Assembly: GCF_048163005.1 (NCBI RefSeq)
Contig: NZ_CP182378.1
DNA: 32,000 nucleotides
Direction: 5' to 3' (one strand)
Source of the DNA: Escherichia coli
GTDB lineage: Bacteria > Pseudomonadota > Gammaproteobacteria > Enterobacterales > Enterobacteriaceae
The position numbers were made by a program, and so were the translations under genes. How positions within the stretch are numbered: position 1 is the stretch's first letter; each line of letters begins with the position of its first letter. The notes under the pieces are model-generated. The model was not told the origin of the DNA and ran no database searches. It was given only the letters and a program-made list of their open reading frames with translations. Positions 12,108 through 26,915 of this stretch are shown here, piece after piece.

Positions 12108-12398
12108 TTATTTTCTGTTGCTATTCCATTCCTCCCAGGTCGTGATGGCGATTTCAGGATCTTTACCGGTTGCACTTTGGGTAAGCCCCGAAACCAGTTC
12201 TCTAATTTCTTCTTCACTTTGGGTACTGATAAGTCCAAAAGTGTTAGTCCCCAGCTCATGGATATTTCCATCATCATCCGTCATGGTGAGCAAAAAACCG
12301 TCGCGAGTCAGGTAATTATTCAACTCGTTAATTTCAGTCAATGTATCCTCATGCAACATGACGGTTATGACATAACGGACAAGATCGCCACTGGCCAT
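12108..12398 (-). CDS. ydiZ: Uncharacterised small protein YdiZ
   Basis: 96-aa ORF MASGDLVRYVITVMLHEDTLTEINELNNYLTRDG...; position beside pfkB. Confidence 0.9.
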   Translation of the reverse strand: MASGDLVRYVITVMLHEDTLTEINELNNYLTRDGFLLTMTDDDGNIHELGTNTFGLISTQSEEEIRELVSGLTQSATGKDPEIAITTWEEWNSNRK

Positions 12399-12498
12399 AG
12401 TTCACCCCTTTGTTATCACATGACTTTTGAGCATAGTCGGAGAAACGCGTTGCCGACAGGTTGGTGGTGATTCCCCCAATGCAGGGGGAATGTTTCAG

Positions 12499-13428
12499 TT
12501 AGCGGGAAAGGTAAGCGTAAATTTTTTGTGTATCGTCATGGGAGCACAGGCGTGTTCCCTGATTGAGTGTGGCTGCACTCCCCGCAGCTACGCCAAAACG
12601 GACCATCTCTTCAAGAGAGGCATTTTCTGCCAGTTTCAGTGTCATCGCGCCGACCATGCTGTCACCAGCGCCAACGGTGCTCTGGCTTTTCACCGGTGGT
12701 GGCACAACCTGAATGCAGTTTTCACTATCAACGCCCAGCGCCCCTTGTGGACCCAGGGAAACGACAACTCGTTTGGCCTTGCCGCTATTAACGATTTCCT
12801 GCGCGGCTTTGCGGACATCGTCTGGCTGGGTGAGTTCGCGATTCACTAGCGCACTGAGTTCTTTTTGGTTAGGCTTAACCAACTCGATATTACCAATCGC
12901 CAGTGCTGCACTTAACGCTTCGCCAGAACTGTCGACGATGCAGCGAATCCCTTGTTTTTGCGCAGCGGAAATCAGTTGGGTTAATTTTTCCAGCTTCACA
13001 CCTGGCGGCAGGCTTCCGCTTATGACCAGGATAGCACCGGATTCAATTTCCAGAACTTGCTCTTCAAGCTGGCGAAACTCATCTTCACTTAATGCCGCGC
13101 CTGGCATGACAAAACGATACTGCTCACCGCTTGCTTCCACATGTACGTGTAAATTCTGCCGGGTCCAGTCTTTGGCTTCTACAGTAGCGACGGGGACATT
13201 TTCATCTGCCAACAGTGAAACCAGATGTTCGCCGGTCGCACCACCCGCCGGGAAGATCGCTGTGGCACTGCCTCCAAGATGGGCAATGGCGCGGGCGACG
13301 TTGATGCCGCCGCCTCCGGGTTCGAATACCGGTGCGGTACAGCGCAGCTTTCCTTCGGGATAAATTTGCGGGGTAATTGTTGCGCTATCGAGAGAGGGCG
13401 CAAGTGTCAACGTATAGATACGTACCAT
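12499..13428 (-). CDS. pfkB: 6-phosphofructokinase II (PfkB/ribokinase family)
   Basis: 309-aa product MVRIYTLTLAPSLDSATITPQIYPEGKLRC... with the ribokinase signature STVGAGDSMVGAM. Confidence 0.98.
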   Translation of the reverse strand: MVRIYTLTLAPSLDSATITPQIYPEGKLRCTAPVFEPGGGGINVARAIAHLGGSATAIFPAGGATGEHLVSLLADENVPVATVEAKDWTRQNLHVHVEASGEQYRFVMPGAALSEDEFRQLEEQVLEIESGAILVISGSLPPGVKLEKLTQLISAAQKQGIRCIVDSSGEALSAALAIGNIELVKPNQKELSALVNRELTQPDDVRKAAQEIVNSGKAKRVVVSLGPQGALGVDSENCIQVVPPPVKSQSTVGAGDSMVGAMTLKLAENASLEEMVRFGVAAGSAATLNQGTRLCSHDDTQKIYAYLSR

Positions 13429-13714
13429 CATTTCCTCCTATAGGCTGATTTCAGTCTGGCACCGAATCAGCGGAAAGGGAAGAAATTAACAATATGATTT
13501 ATTAGAGCTTTATTTAAAATTTTGCAGATAAATATATATAAATAAAAATCTGTTTTCTTCACATGCTTATTCAAAAAATGAAATAAGAATACATTGCTAA
13601 GTTATTCAAGCCTTTTTATAATTCGTTACCTTTCCAGGGACGCTAATCTTTGATCCTTAAGAAAGTTTCCGGGACCGCGATGGTCTCTTTTTTTGTTGTA
13701 CGGACTCTTGATAA

Positions 13715-14473
13715 ATGAAGCTTTTGAAGACAGTTCCTGCCATCGTTATGTTGGCGGGGGGCATGTTTGCGTCATTGAATGCAGCTGCCGATGATTCCGT
13801 TTTTACTGTCATGGACGATCCTGCCAGCGCTAAAAAACCTTTCGAAGGTAATCTGAACGCAGGATATCTTGCACAATCAGGCAATACGAAAAGCTCCTCA
13901 CTTACGGCTGACACCACCATGACCTGGTATGGACAAACCACTGCCTGGTCGCTGTGGGGGAACGCCAGTAATACTTCTTCTAATGATGAGCGTTCTTCAG
14001 AAAAATATGCCGCGGGCGGGCGTAGCCGTTTTAATTTAACTGATTATGACTATTTATTTGGGCAGGCAAGCTGGCTGACAGACCGTTATAACGGCTATCG
14101 AGAGCGCGATGTGTTGACCGCGGGTTATGGTCGTCAGTTTTTGAATGGCCCGGTACACAGTTTCCGCTTTGAATTCGGTCCAGGTGTGCGTTACGACAAA
14201 TATACCGACAATGCCAGTGAAACCCAGCCGCTGGGCTATGCCTCCGGGGCTTATGCATGGCAGTTGACTGACAACGCTAAATTTACGCAGGGTGTTTCGG
14301 TCTTCGGCGCGGAAGACACAACGCTGAACTCCGAAAGCGCATTAAATGTTGCTATTAATGAACATTTTGGACTGAAGGTGGCTTACAACGTAACATGGAA
14401 CTCTGAACCTCCAGAGTCTGCACCGGAACATACCGATCGTCGGACAACCTTATCGCTGGGCTACAGCATGTAA
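13715..14473 (+). CDS. ydiY: DUF481-family outer-membrane/exported protein YdiY
   Basis: 252-aa ORF with signal peptide (MKLLKTVPAIVMLAGGMFASLNAAAD) and DUF481 beta-barrel character (GNLNAGYLAQSGNTKSSSLTADTTM). Confidence 0.94.
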   Translation: MKLLKTVPAIVMLAGGMFASLNAAADDSVFTVMDDPASAKKPFEGNLNAGYLAQSGNTKSSSLTADTTMTWYGQTTAWSLWGNASNTSSNDERSSEKYAAGGRSRFNLTDYDYLFGQASWLTDRYNGYRERDVLTAGYGRQFLNGPVHSFRFEFGPGVRYDKYTDNASETQPLGYASGAYAWQLTDNAKFTQGVSVFGAEDTTLNSESALNVAINEHFGLKVAYNVTWNSEPPESAPEHTDRRTTLSLGYSM

Positions 14474-14481
14474 AATTATCT

Positions 14482-14506
14482 GCCGGACCGTGTTATGCGG
14501 TCTGGC
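14482..14506 (+). terminator. Candidate terminator hairpin downstream of ydiY
   Basis: gccggaccg-tgttatg-cggtctggc (9-bp stem with one G-U pair), followed by a moderately T-rich tract. Confidence 0.5.
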
Positions 14507-14525
14507 TGTCTTCGTTTGTCACTGC

Positions 14526-14633
14526 TCAGCCCCAAATCATTGCTGCCCAACGTAGCAACAACATAGCGCCACAGATTGCCAGTAGCACCACCACCATCTT
14601 CCAGTGTTTTTTATCAAAGCGTTTAGTCGGCAT
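14526..14633 (-). CDS. yniD: 35-aa single-transmembrane small protein YniD
   Basis: MPTKRFDKKHWKMVVVLLAICGAMLLLRWAAMIWG; basic N-terminus plus one hydrophobic helix. It is the 3' part of the 72-aa frame 14526..14744. Confidence 0.88.
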   Translation of the reverse strand: MPTKRFDKKHWKMVVVLLAICGAMLLLRWAAMIWG

Positions 14634-14799
14634 ACCAGTGTCCTGCATATCTCTTGTGCGTGATAACGGAGTGTAACAAAAGGGACAGGCATCAAGGGAT
14701 TTTTTGTTATTACAGCCGTCGGGTGGCGTTGTACACCTGATCACTGTTTTTGCGGTTTATGAAAAAAATAAAATTATGTATCGATATATAAATATCTGG

Positions 14800-16698
14800 T
14801 TATAAATACGTCTTTAGTTCATCAGCACTAAAACTCAGGCTTTGGCTGATTACGTTTATAGCAGCATAATATGTTTCTACAGTTTTATAATGATTATGAT
14901 GAATGGCTATATGAACAGCTGACATATTGTCATGATTTTTAGCGGCCAACAATGTGAATAACTGACATTGACTAAAAGAATATTTATTTGCAAAAGTACC
15001 CAGCGTTGATATATAAGATAACACGACGTCTTTATTACCCTTGCTCATGGCGATGTATAAAGCAGGGGTTCCATATGCTGTTGCGCCTTTTAATAAATCC
15101 ATGATGTTAATTTTGCTGAGGTTATATTTAACAGCGATTCCATAAACTTTAGAGAGGAACCGTGTGACACACAAAGGGTGATTATTTTCCATTGCGGCAT
15201 ATAATCCTGGCTCACCATCACGTGTTTTCATTGCTAAAATATCCATCACCATTTTTTTGCTTAAAAGCTCTTGTGTTATTGGAGTGGTTAATGCATTCAG
15301 AAAGATATCGATTATTTCATCGAATCCATACAACATGGAGATATAGAGTCCAGGTGTTTCGTTAGCACTTTTAGTTTGCAGTAATTTAACCAGATTATCT
15401 TCATGAATGATATGATTATCTACCAGTGACTGAATTTCTTGCATAAATATTTTTACGTTGTCAGTATGTCCGTTCATCATAGCCAGAAATAAAGCAGGTG
15501 TACCAACGCTATTCTGCGCAGTTATTATTTCAATGATTTCTTTTTCAGGGAGTATGGGTAACTGTTTGAATAATGCAATAAGCTGTTGAGTCTGGCCTGT
15601 GGCCATTATTAACAACATTGCCGATGGATGTATAGGGGCAAATGGCATTCGTGATGCAATACCCGCGAAAATAGCCCCTGGAACTCCCTCAGGTAATAGG
15701 GGCAGAAAAGCAATTGCACAGTTGCGAACATACATATCAGCCCAGGTCTGAGCATCGGGACCTGAACTGATGAATTTATCGAGCGAGAGAAAGCCCCGTG
15801 CTGTCCTGTGGGTGCCTCTGACGGCAACGTTGGTATCGTTCGGGTCGTAAACGGACACAACATAATTTAATTGCCCATACGCTGACTGCTTTATTCGTAG
15901 CCTTACTGACAAAGTATGATTGTCTATATATAAAATCGCGGACATATGACTGACATTGTTTGCCATCATTCGACAGAAGAAAATATCTAAAGCGAAGCCA
16001 AAATCCTTACTCGCGATAACGCGACTCCCTGCAGGAGGATGGCGAAGTAATGATCTGAACTCCGCGTCCCGGACTAAGGGAACATGCTGCTGTATGGATT
16101 CAACGGAGGAGTAATGTTTAATCAGATTGACTTTGCCTTTTCCATTTCTCAGTGAATCAAGTGCGTATTGCAATGACAGATGGCGACAAAAAATAGCGTC
16201 AGAAGGAGATTGCGAAAAAAATGCACTACCATTGAGATTTACTGTTGGTTGTATAGTTTTTTCTCTATGGATTTTTTTAGACAGTTTCATACAATGGTTA
16301 CGATTTTCGGCAGTTAACTGTTCCTGTTCAATATAATCCAGTATGCTTCGCAAATGGTTAGCTTTAATAGGCGTGGTTTCCAGTAATAAGGAAATGATTT
16401 CTTTTTTATAGTGTAATGTAATGAGTATATTTTCTGCATGGATGGGTGAAGTGGCAAAGTTAATGGTAAAAAGGGCAGTGGAATAACAATTTTGTGATAT
16501 TTTTCGACAGTTTGCGGTAAATTCCTGAGTAACACAGTATGACAGCATCGAACTTAAGTCAGAGGTATCAAGTAGGGTGATGAGTTGGCGCGCAAATTGA
16601 TTAATAGGCTCTGATGAAGGCGTTGGTATGTCGCTATCGATGTGCATTCTATGAGGAGACTTATAATGAGTTCTGATAATAATGTCGTTTTCACTCAT
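14800..16698 (-). CDS. arpB: Full-length ArpB-type protein: EspL/OspD/ShET2-like N-terminal region plus C-terminal ankyrin-like repeats
   Basis: 632-aa uninterrupted ORF between ydiY/yniD and thrS (the arpB locus). Repeats include [96 protein letters not shown] and [21 protein letters not shown]. Confidence 0.82.
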   Translation of the reverse strand: MSENDIIIRTHYKSPHRMHIDSDIPTPSSEPINQFARQLITLLDTSDLSSMLSYCVTQEFTANCRKISQNCYSTALFTINFATSPIHAENILITLHYKKEIISLLLETTPIKANHLRSILDYIEQEQLTAENRNHCMKLSKKIHREKTIQPTVNLNGSAFFSQSPSDAIFCRHLSLQYALDSLRNGKGKVNLIKHYSSVESIQQHVPLVRDAEFRSLLRHPPAGSRVIASKDFGFALDIFFCRMMANNVSHMSAILYIDNHTLSVRLRIKQSAYGQLNYVVSVYDPNDTNVAVRGTHRTARGFLSLDKFISSGPDAQTWADMYVRNCAIAFLPLLPEGVPGAIFAGIASRMPFAPIHPSAMLLIMATGQTQQLIALFKQLPILPEKEIIEIITAQNSVGTPALFLAMMNGHTDNVKIFMQEIQSLVDNHIIHEDNLVKLLQTKSANETPGLYISMLYGFDEIIDIFLNALTTPITQELLSKKMVMDILAMKTRDGEPGLYAAMENNHPLCVTRFLSKVYGIAVKYNLSKINIMDLLKGATAYGTPALYIAMSKGNKDVVLSYISTLGTFANKYSFSQCQLFTLLAAKNHDNMSAVHIAIHHNHYKTVETYYAAINVISQSLSFSADELKTYL

Positions 16699-17103
16699 AA
16701 TCTATTCGCCTTATATATGTCTGGAGGTTTTGAGGATGATGATTAATTATTATCGCCAGAACGAAATGTGCACGAAAAATTGCTATAAGAATTGTGTCAT
16801 TTTTATCATTGTGATATGACCACTTCGTCATTAATCTTATGATCGTTTAAATAGTACCTCCAAATCACGCAACGAACTTTGCTGGATTCAGTTTATGCTG
16901 CTGCAAATCCGCTCGCAGTAAACCTTTCAGACGCTCCGTGATGTTATCAGTGGTTCTTTAAGCGTTTTGCTGGTGTACTCACTACAAACGAATTGCGAAT
17001 CGAATCAATGTGAAACGGAAAGGTACAATCTCCCTTTTTTTAGTGTTAACATCGCTCAACCGGGTGGAAGGTGAGAGGTTAATGTCTTTCATTTGTGTAC
17101 CTG

Positions 17104-17147
17104 ATTGCGAACCAATTTAGCATTTGTTGGCTAGATGGTTTCGCAAT
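17104..17147 (+). promoter_or_regulatory. thrS leader: upstream stem of the ThrRS-binding operator
   Basis: Near-perfect inverted repeat attgcgaacc ... ggtttcgcaat upstream of thrS; matches the known tRNA-mimicking thrS operator. Confidence 0.7.
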
Positions 17148-17178
17148 GAACTGTTAATAAACAAATTTTTCTTTGTAT

Positions 17179-17199
17179 GTGATCTTTCGTGTGGGTCAC
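17179..17199 (+). promoter_or_regulatory. thrS operator hairpin mimicking the tRNA-Thr anticodon arm
   Basis: gtgatctttCGTgtgggtcac: paired gtga/tcac arms with CGT in the loop, 22 nt upstream of the thrS ATG. Confidence 0.75.
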
Positions 17200-17220
17200 C
17201 ACTGCAAATAAGGATATAAA

Positions 17221-19149
17221 ATGCCTGTTATAACTCTTCCTGATGGCAGCCAACGCCATTACGATCACGCTGTAAGCCCCATGGATGTTGCGCTGGACAT
17301 TGGTCCAGGTCTGGCGAAAGCCTGTATCGCAGGGCGCGTTAATGGCGAACTGGTTGATGCTTGCGATCTGATTGAAAACGACGCACAACTGTCGATCATT
17401 ACCGCGAAAGACGAAGAAGGTCTGGAGATCATTCGTCACTCCTGTGCGCACCTGTTAGGGCACGCGATTAAACAACTTTGGCCGCATACCAAAATGGCAA
17501 TCGGCCCGGTTATTGACAACGGTTTTTATTACGACGTTGATCTTGACCGCACGTTAACCCAGGAAGATGTCGAAGCACTCGAGAAGCGGATGCATGAGCT
17601 TGCTGAGAAAAACTACGACGTCATTAAGAAGAAAGTCAGCTGGCACGAAGCGCGTGAAACTTTCGCCAACCGTGGGGAGAGCTACAAAGTCTCCATTCTT
17701 GACGAAAACATCGCCCATGATGACAAGCCAGGTCTGTACTTCCATGAAGAATATGTCGATATGTGCCGCGGTCCGCACGTACCGAACATGCGTTTCTGCC
17801 ATCATTTCAAACTAATGAAAACGGCAGGGGCTTACTGGCGTGGCGACAGCAACAACAAAATGTTGCAACGTATTTACGGTACGGCGTGGGCAGACAAAAA
17901 AGCGCTTAACGCTTACCTGCAGCGCCTGGAAGAAGCCGCGAAACGCGACCACCGTAAAATCGGTAAACAGCTCGACCTGTACCATATGCAGGAAGAAGCA
18001 CCGGGTATGGTATTCTGGCACAACGATGGCTGGACCATCTTCCGTGAACTGGAAGTGTTTGTTCGTTCTAAACTGAAAGAGTACCAGTATCAGGAAGTTA
18101 AAGGTCCGTTCATGATGGACCGTGTCCTGTGGGAAAAAACCGGTCACTGGGACAACTACAAAGATGCAATGTTCACCACGTCTTCTGAGAACCGTGAATA
18201 CTGCATTAAGCCGATGAACTGCCCGGGTCACGTACAAATTTTCAACCAGGGGCTGAAGTCGTATCGCGATTTGCCGCTGCGTATGGCCGAGTTTGGTAGC
18301 TGCCACCGTAACGAGCCGTCAGGTTCGCTGCATGGCCTGATGCGTGTACGTGGTTTTACCCAGGATGACGCGCATATCTTCTGTACTGAAGAACAAATTC
18401 GCGATGAAGTTAACGGATGTATCCGTTTAGTCTATGATATGTACAGCACTTTTGGCTTCGAGAAGATCGTCGTCAAACTCTCCACTCGTCCTGAAAAACG
18501 TATTGGCAGCGACGAAATGTGGGATCGTGCTGAGGCGGACCTGGCGGTTGCGCTGGAAGAAAACAACATCCCGTTTGAATATCAACTGGGTGAAGGCGCT
18601 TTCTACGGTCCGAAAATTGAATTTACCCTGTATGACTGCCTCGATCGTGCATGGCAGTGCGGTACAGTACAGCTGGACTTCTCCTTGCCGTCTCGTCTGA
18701 GCGCCTCCTATGTGGGCGAAGACAACGAGCGTAAGGTACCGGTAATGATTCACCGCGCAATTCTGGGGTCGATGGAACGTTTCATCGGTATCCTGACCGA
18801 AGAATTCGCTGGTTTCTTCCCGACCTGGCTTGCGCCGGTTCAGGTTGTTATCATGAATATTACCGATTCACAGTCTGAATACGTTAACGAATTGACGCAA
18901 AAACTATCAAATGCGGGCATTCGTGTTAAAGCAGACTTGAGAAATGAGAAGATTGGCTTTAAAATCCGCGAGCACACTTTGCGTCGCGTCCCGTATATGC
19001 TGGTCTGTGGTGATAAAGAGGTGGAATCAGGCAAAGTTGCCGTTCGCACCCGCCGTGGTAAAGACCTGGGAAGCATGGACGTAAATGAAGTGATCGAGAA
19101 GCTGCAACAAGAGATTCGCAGCCGCAGTCTTAAACAATTGGAGGAATAA
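17221..19149 (+). CDS. thrS: Threonyl-tRNA synthetase
   Basis: 642-aa ORF with TGS domain, HXXXH editing motif ([15 protein letters not shown]) and class II motifs. Confidence 0.99.
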
Positions 19150-19695
<546 letters not shown>

Positions 19696-19714
19696 GGCCT
19701 TCAAGTAGCACTGT

Positions 19715-19738
19715 CTGTGGAGCCTTTGGGCTTCACAG
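19715..19738 (+). promoter_or_regulatory. infC-rpmI intergenic hairpin (L20-mediated rpmI-rplT regulatory region)
   Basis: ctgtggagcc-tttg-ggcttcacag: 10-bp stem (one G-U pair), 4-nt loop, between infC and rpmI. Confidence 0.65.
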
Positions 19739-19767
19739 GCATTGTTCGCCTTTGTTTCGTTTATTAA

Positions 19768-19989
<222 letters not shown>

Positions 19990-20015
19990 GCCGTTAACGT
20001 TTTTTAACTTTTTAA

Positions 20016-20399
<384 letters not shown>

Positions 20400-20407
20400 G
20401 CCAGTTG

Positions 20408-20433
20408 AAAGAGGGAGCTAGTCTCCCTCTTTT
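20408..20433 (+). terminator. Terminator downstream of rplT
   Basis: aaagaggga-gctag-tctccctctttt hairpin with T-tract. Confidence 0.75.
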
Positions 20434-20521
20434 CGTTTCAACGCCATCAAAACATTGACTTTTATCGCCGTAGCCTTTTCAATAAAGGTCTTTTGAAAAG
20501 TACCAAAAGGTAACGCAAGCA

Positions 20522-20566
20522 ATGAATGCTGCTATTTTCCGCTTCTTTTTTTACTTTAGCACCTGA
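20522..20566 (+). CDS. pheM: Phenylalanyl-tRNA synthetase operon leader peptide (14 aa)
   Basis: ATG AAT GCT GCT ATT TTC CGC TTC TTT TTT TAC TTT AGC ACC TGA = [14 protein letters not shown], five Phe codons, followed by an attenuator. Confidence 0.95.
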
Positions 20567-20614
20567 CTCCAGGAGGCTAGCGCGTGAGAAGAGAAACGGA
20601 AAACAGCGCCTGAA

Positions 20615-20638
20615 AGCCTCCCAGTGGAGGCTTTTTTT
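20615..20638 (+). terminator. pheST attenuator terminator
   Basis: agcctcc-cagt-ggaggct followed by TTTTTT, between pheM and pheS. Confidence 0.9.
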
Positions 20639-20662
20639 GTATGCGCGTTTTGAAAAAATTAA

Positions 20663-21688
<1,026 letters not shown>

Positions 21689-21699
21689 GGCAGGAATAG

Positions 21700-24090
<2,391 letters not shown>

Positions 24091-24094
24091 ACCT

Positions 24095-24394
24095 ATGGCG
24101 CTTACAAAAGCTGAAATGTCAGAATATCTGTTTGATAAGCTTGGGCTTAGCAAGCGGGATGCCAAAGAACTGGTTGAACTGTTTTTCGAAGAGATCCGTC
24201 GCGCTCTGGAAAACGGCGAACAGGTGAAACTCTCTGGTTTTGGTAACTTCGATCTGCGTGATAAGAATCAACGCCCGGGACGTAACCCGAAAACGGGCGA
24301 GGATATTCCCATTACAGCACGGCGCGTGGTGACCTTCAGACCCGGGCAGAAGTTAAAAAGCCGGGTCGAAAACGCTTCGCCCAAAGACGAGTAA
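24095..24394 (+). CDS. ihfA: Integration host factor alpha subunit
   Basis: 99-aa [77 protein letters not shown]... Confidence 0.99.
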
Positions 24395-24406
24395 TCTGAT
24401 CTAACT

Positions 24407-24433
24407 AAAAAGGCCGCTTTGCGGCCTTTTTTC
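24407..24433 (+). terminator. Rho-independent terminator after ihfA
   Basis: aaaaaggccgc-ttt-gcggcctttttt hairpin and T-tract. Confidence 0.9.
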
Positions 24434-24494
24434 TTTTCACTGTCGAAGAGTCACCGTAAAATCAACGCCATGACACTTCAGCAGAACGGATACC

Positions 24495-25475
24495 ATGCTG
24501 ACACTTGCCCGCCAACAACAGCGACAAAATATTCGCTGGTTATTATGCCTGTCAGTTTTGATGCTGCTGGCGCTTCTCTTAAGCCTTTGCGCCGGTGAAC
24601 AATGGATTTCGCCCGGTGACTGGTCTACTCCTCGTGGCGAACTGTTCGTCTGGCAAATTCGCCTGCCACGTACGCTGGCTGTATTGCTGGTTGGTGCGGC
24701 GCTGGCTATATCCGGCGCAGTAATGCAGGCGTTGTTTGAAAATCCTCTGGCAGAACCTGGACTACTTGGCGTCTCTAACGGCGCAGGCGTAGGGCTTATC
24801 GCCGCGGTGTTGCTTGGGCAAGGGCAACTCCCAAACTGGGCACTAGGGCTGTGTGCGATTGCTGGCGCGCTTATCATCACTTTAATACTCTTACGTTTCG
24901 CCCGTCGTCATCTTTCGACCAGTCGGTTATTGCTGGCTGGCGTTGCATTAGGGATTATCTGTAGCGCACTAATGACGTGGGCTATCTACTTTTCCACCTC
25001 TGTTGATTTACGTCAGCTGATGTACTGGATGATGGGCGGTTTTGGCGGCGTAGACTGGCGGCAAAGCTGGCTGATGCTGGCATTGATCCCCGTGTTGTTG
25101 TGGATCTGTTGTCAGTCCAGGCCGATGAATATGTTAGCACTTGGCGAGATCTCGGCGCGGCAACTGGGTTTACCCCTGTGGTTCTGGCGCAATGTGCTGG
25201 TGGCAGCGACCGGCTGGATGGTTGGCGTCAGTGTGGCGCTGGCGGGTGCTATCGGCTTTATTGGTCTGGTTATCCCACATATTCTCCGGCTGTGTGGTTT
25301 AACCGATCATCGCGTATTACTTCCCGGCTGCGCGCTGGCAGGGGCGAGCGCATTGCTGCTGGCCGATATTGTAGCGCGCCTGGCATTAGCTGCCGCAGAG
25401 CTGCCTATTGGCGTGGTCACCGCAACGTTGGGTGCGCCGGTGTTTATCTGGTTATTGTTAAAAGCAGGACGTTAG
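24495..25475 (+). CDS. btuC: Vitamin B12 ABC transporter permease
   Basis: 326-aa hydrophobic [40 protein letters not shown]..., FecCD family. Confidence 0.98.
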   Translation: MLTLARQQQRQNIRWLLCLSVLMLLALLLSLCAGEQWISPGDWSTPRGELFVWQIRLPRTLAVLLVGAALAISGAVMQALFENPLAEPGLLGVSNGAGVGLIAAVLLGQGQLPNWALGLCAIAGALIITLILLRFARRHLSTSRLLLAGVALGIICSALMTWAIYFSTSVDLRQLMYWMMGGFGGVDWRQSWLMLALIPVLLWICCQSRPMNMLALGEISARQLGLPLWFWRNVLVAATGWMVGVSVALAGAIGFIGLVIPHILRLCGLTDHRVLLPGCALAGASALLLADIVARLALAAAELPIGVVTATLGAPVFIWLLLKAGR

Positions 25476-25537
25476 CCGCAAAAAGACGGTCTATGATTAA
25501 AAGCTAAGATTTTTACTGACCACACCCAGGAGAAACG

Positions 25538-26089
25538 ATGCAAGATTCCATTCTGACGACCGTAGTGAAAGATATCGACGGTGAAGTGACCACGCTGGAG
25601 AAGTACGCCGGTAATGTGCTGTTGATTGTCAATGTCGCCTCAAAGTGTGGCTTAACGCCGCAATATGAGCAGTTGGAGAATATTCAGAAAGCCTGGGCCG
25701 ATCGTGGTTTTGTGGTGCTGGGATTCCCGTGCAACCAGTTTCTGGAGCAAGAACCGGGCAGCGATGAAGAGATTAAAACTTACTGCACCACTACATGGGG
25801 GGTGACGTTCCCGATGTTCAGTAAGATTGAAGTTAATGGCGAAGGACGCCATCCGCTGTATCAAAAATTGATTGCCGCAGCGCCGACCGCAGTCGCGCCG
25901 GAAGAGAGCGGATTCTATGCCCGTATGGTCAGCAAAGGTCGTGCACCGCTGTACCTTGATGATATTTTATGGAATTTTGAGAAATTTTTAGTTGGCAGGG
26001 ACGGATTGGTCATCCAGCGTTTTTCCCCGGATATGACGCCGGAAGATCCCATTGTGATGGAAAGCATTAAACTGGCGTTGGCGAAATAA
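25538..26089 (+). CDS. btuE: Thioredoxin/glutathione peroxidase BtuE
   Basis: 183-aa ORF with GPx motifs [16 protein letters not shown] and LGFPCNQF (Cys-type). Confidence 0.98.
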
Positions 26090-26838
26090 TGTCTATTGTG
26101 ATGCAGTTACAGGATGTTGCGGAATCTACCCGCCTGGGGCCGCTTTCTGGCGAGGTTCGGGCTGGGGAGATCCTGCATCTGGTGGGGCCGAACGGCGCGG
26201 GTAAGAGTACCTTACTGGCGCGAATGGCCGGAATGACCAGCGGTAAGGGAAGCATTCAGTTCGCGGGGCAACCACTGGAAGCATGGTCCGCAACAAAACT
26301 CGCGCTGCATCGCGCCTATCTTTCACAACAACAGACGCCACCGTTTGCAATGCCGGTCTGGCACTACCTGACACTGCATCAGCACGATAAAACGCGTACC
26401 GAACTACTGAATGATGTCGCAGGGGCGCTGGCTCTTGATGACAAACTCGGACGTAGCACCAATCAACTTTCCGGCGGCGAATGGCAACGCGTACGTCTTG
26501 CTGCGGTGGTGCTGCAAATCACACCACAAGCCAATCCCGCAGGTCAATTGCTGCTTCTTGATGAGCCGATGAACAGTCTTGATGTTGCGCAACAAAGTGC
26601 GTTAGACAAAATTCTGAGCGCGCTGTGTCAGCAAGGACTGGCGATTGTGATGAGCAGTCACGATCTCAACCATACATTGCGTCATGCGCATCGGGCATGG
26701 TTGCTAAAAGGTGGAAAAATGCTGGCCAGTGGACGCAGGGAAGAGGTGCTCACGCCGCCAAATCTGGCGCAGGCCTATGGGATGAATTTTCGCCGTCTGG
26801 ATATCGAAGGTCACAGAATGCTGATTTCGACCATCTGA
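26089..26838 (+). CDS. btuD: Vitamin B12 ABC transporter ATP-binding protein
   Basis: 249-aa ORF with Walker [10 protein letters not shown], signature LSGGEWQRV and Walker B LLLLDEP. Confidence 0.98.
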
Positions 26839-26915
26839 TTTCATTAGTATCTTGAAAATCGGGTAATTACGACGCTAAATTAATGCAAGAATAAAAAACA
26901 GAGGAACCGTACGGA

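Noticed and set aside
12427-12849. Plus-strand ORFs opposite pfkB (12427-12849, 12713-13363)
   Set aside because: Shadow ORFs of pfkB with proline/serine-rich nonsense composition.
15609-15863. 84-codon frame (and 16127-16336, 16314-16535) within arpB
   Set aside because: Out-of-frame ORFs inside the intact 632-codon arpB frame. The in-frame repeat structure supports arpB as the real reading frame.
17812-18306. 164-codon minus-strand ORF in thrS (with others at 18427-18753 and 17554-17805)
   Set aside because: Shadow frames of thrS without recognisable family features.
24437-24880. 147-codon minus-strand ORF opposite btuC
   Set aside because: Antisense to btuC; Ser/Ala/Pro-rich shadow composition and it overlaps the ihfA-btuC gap by chance.
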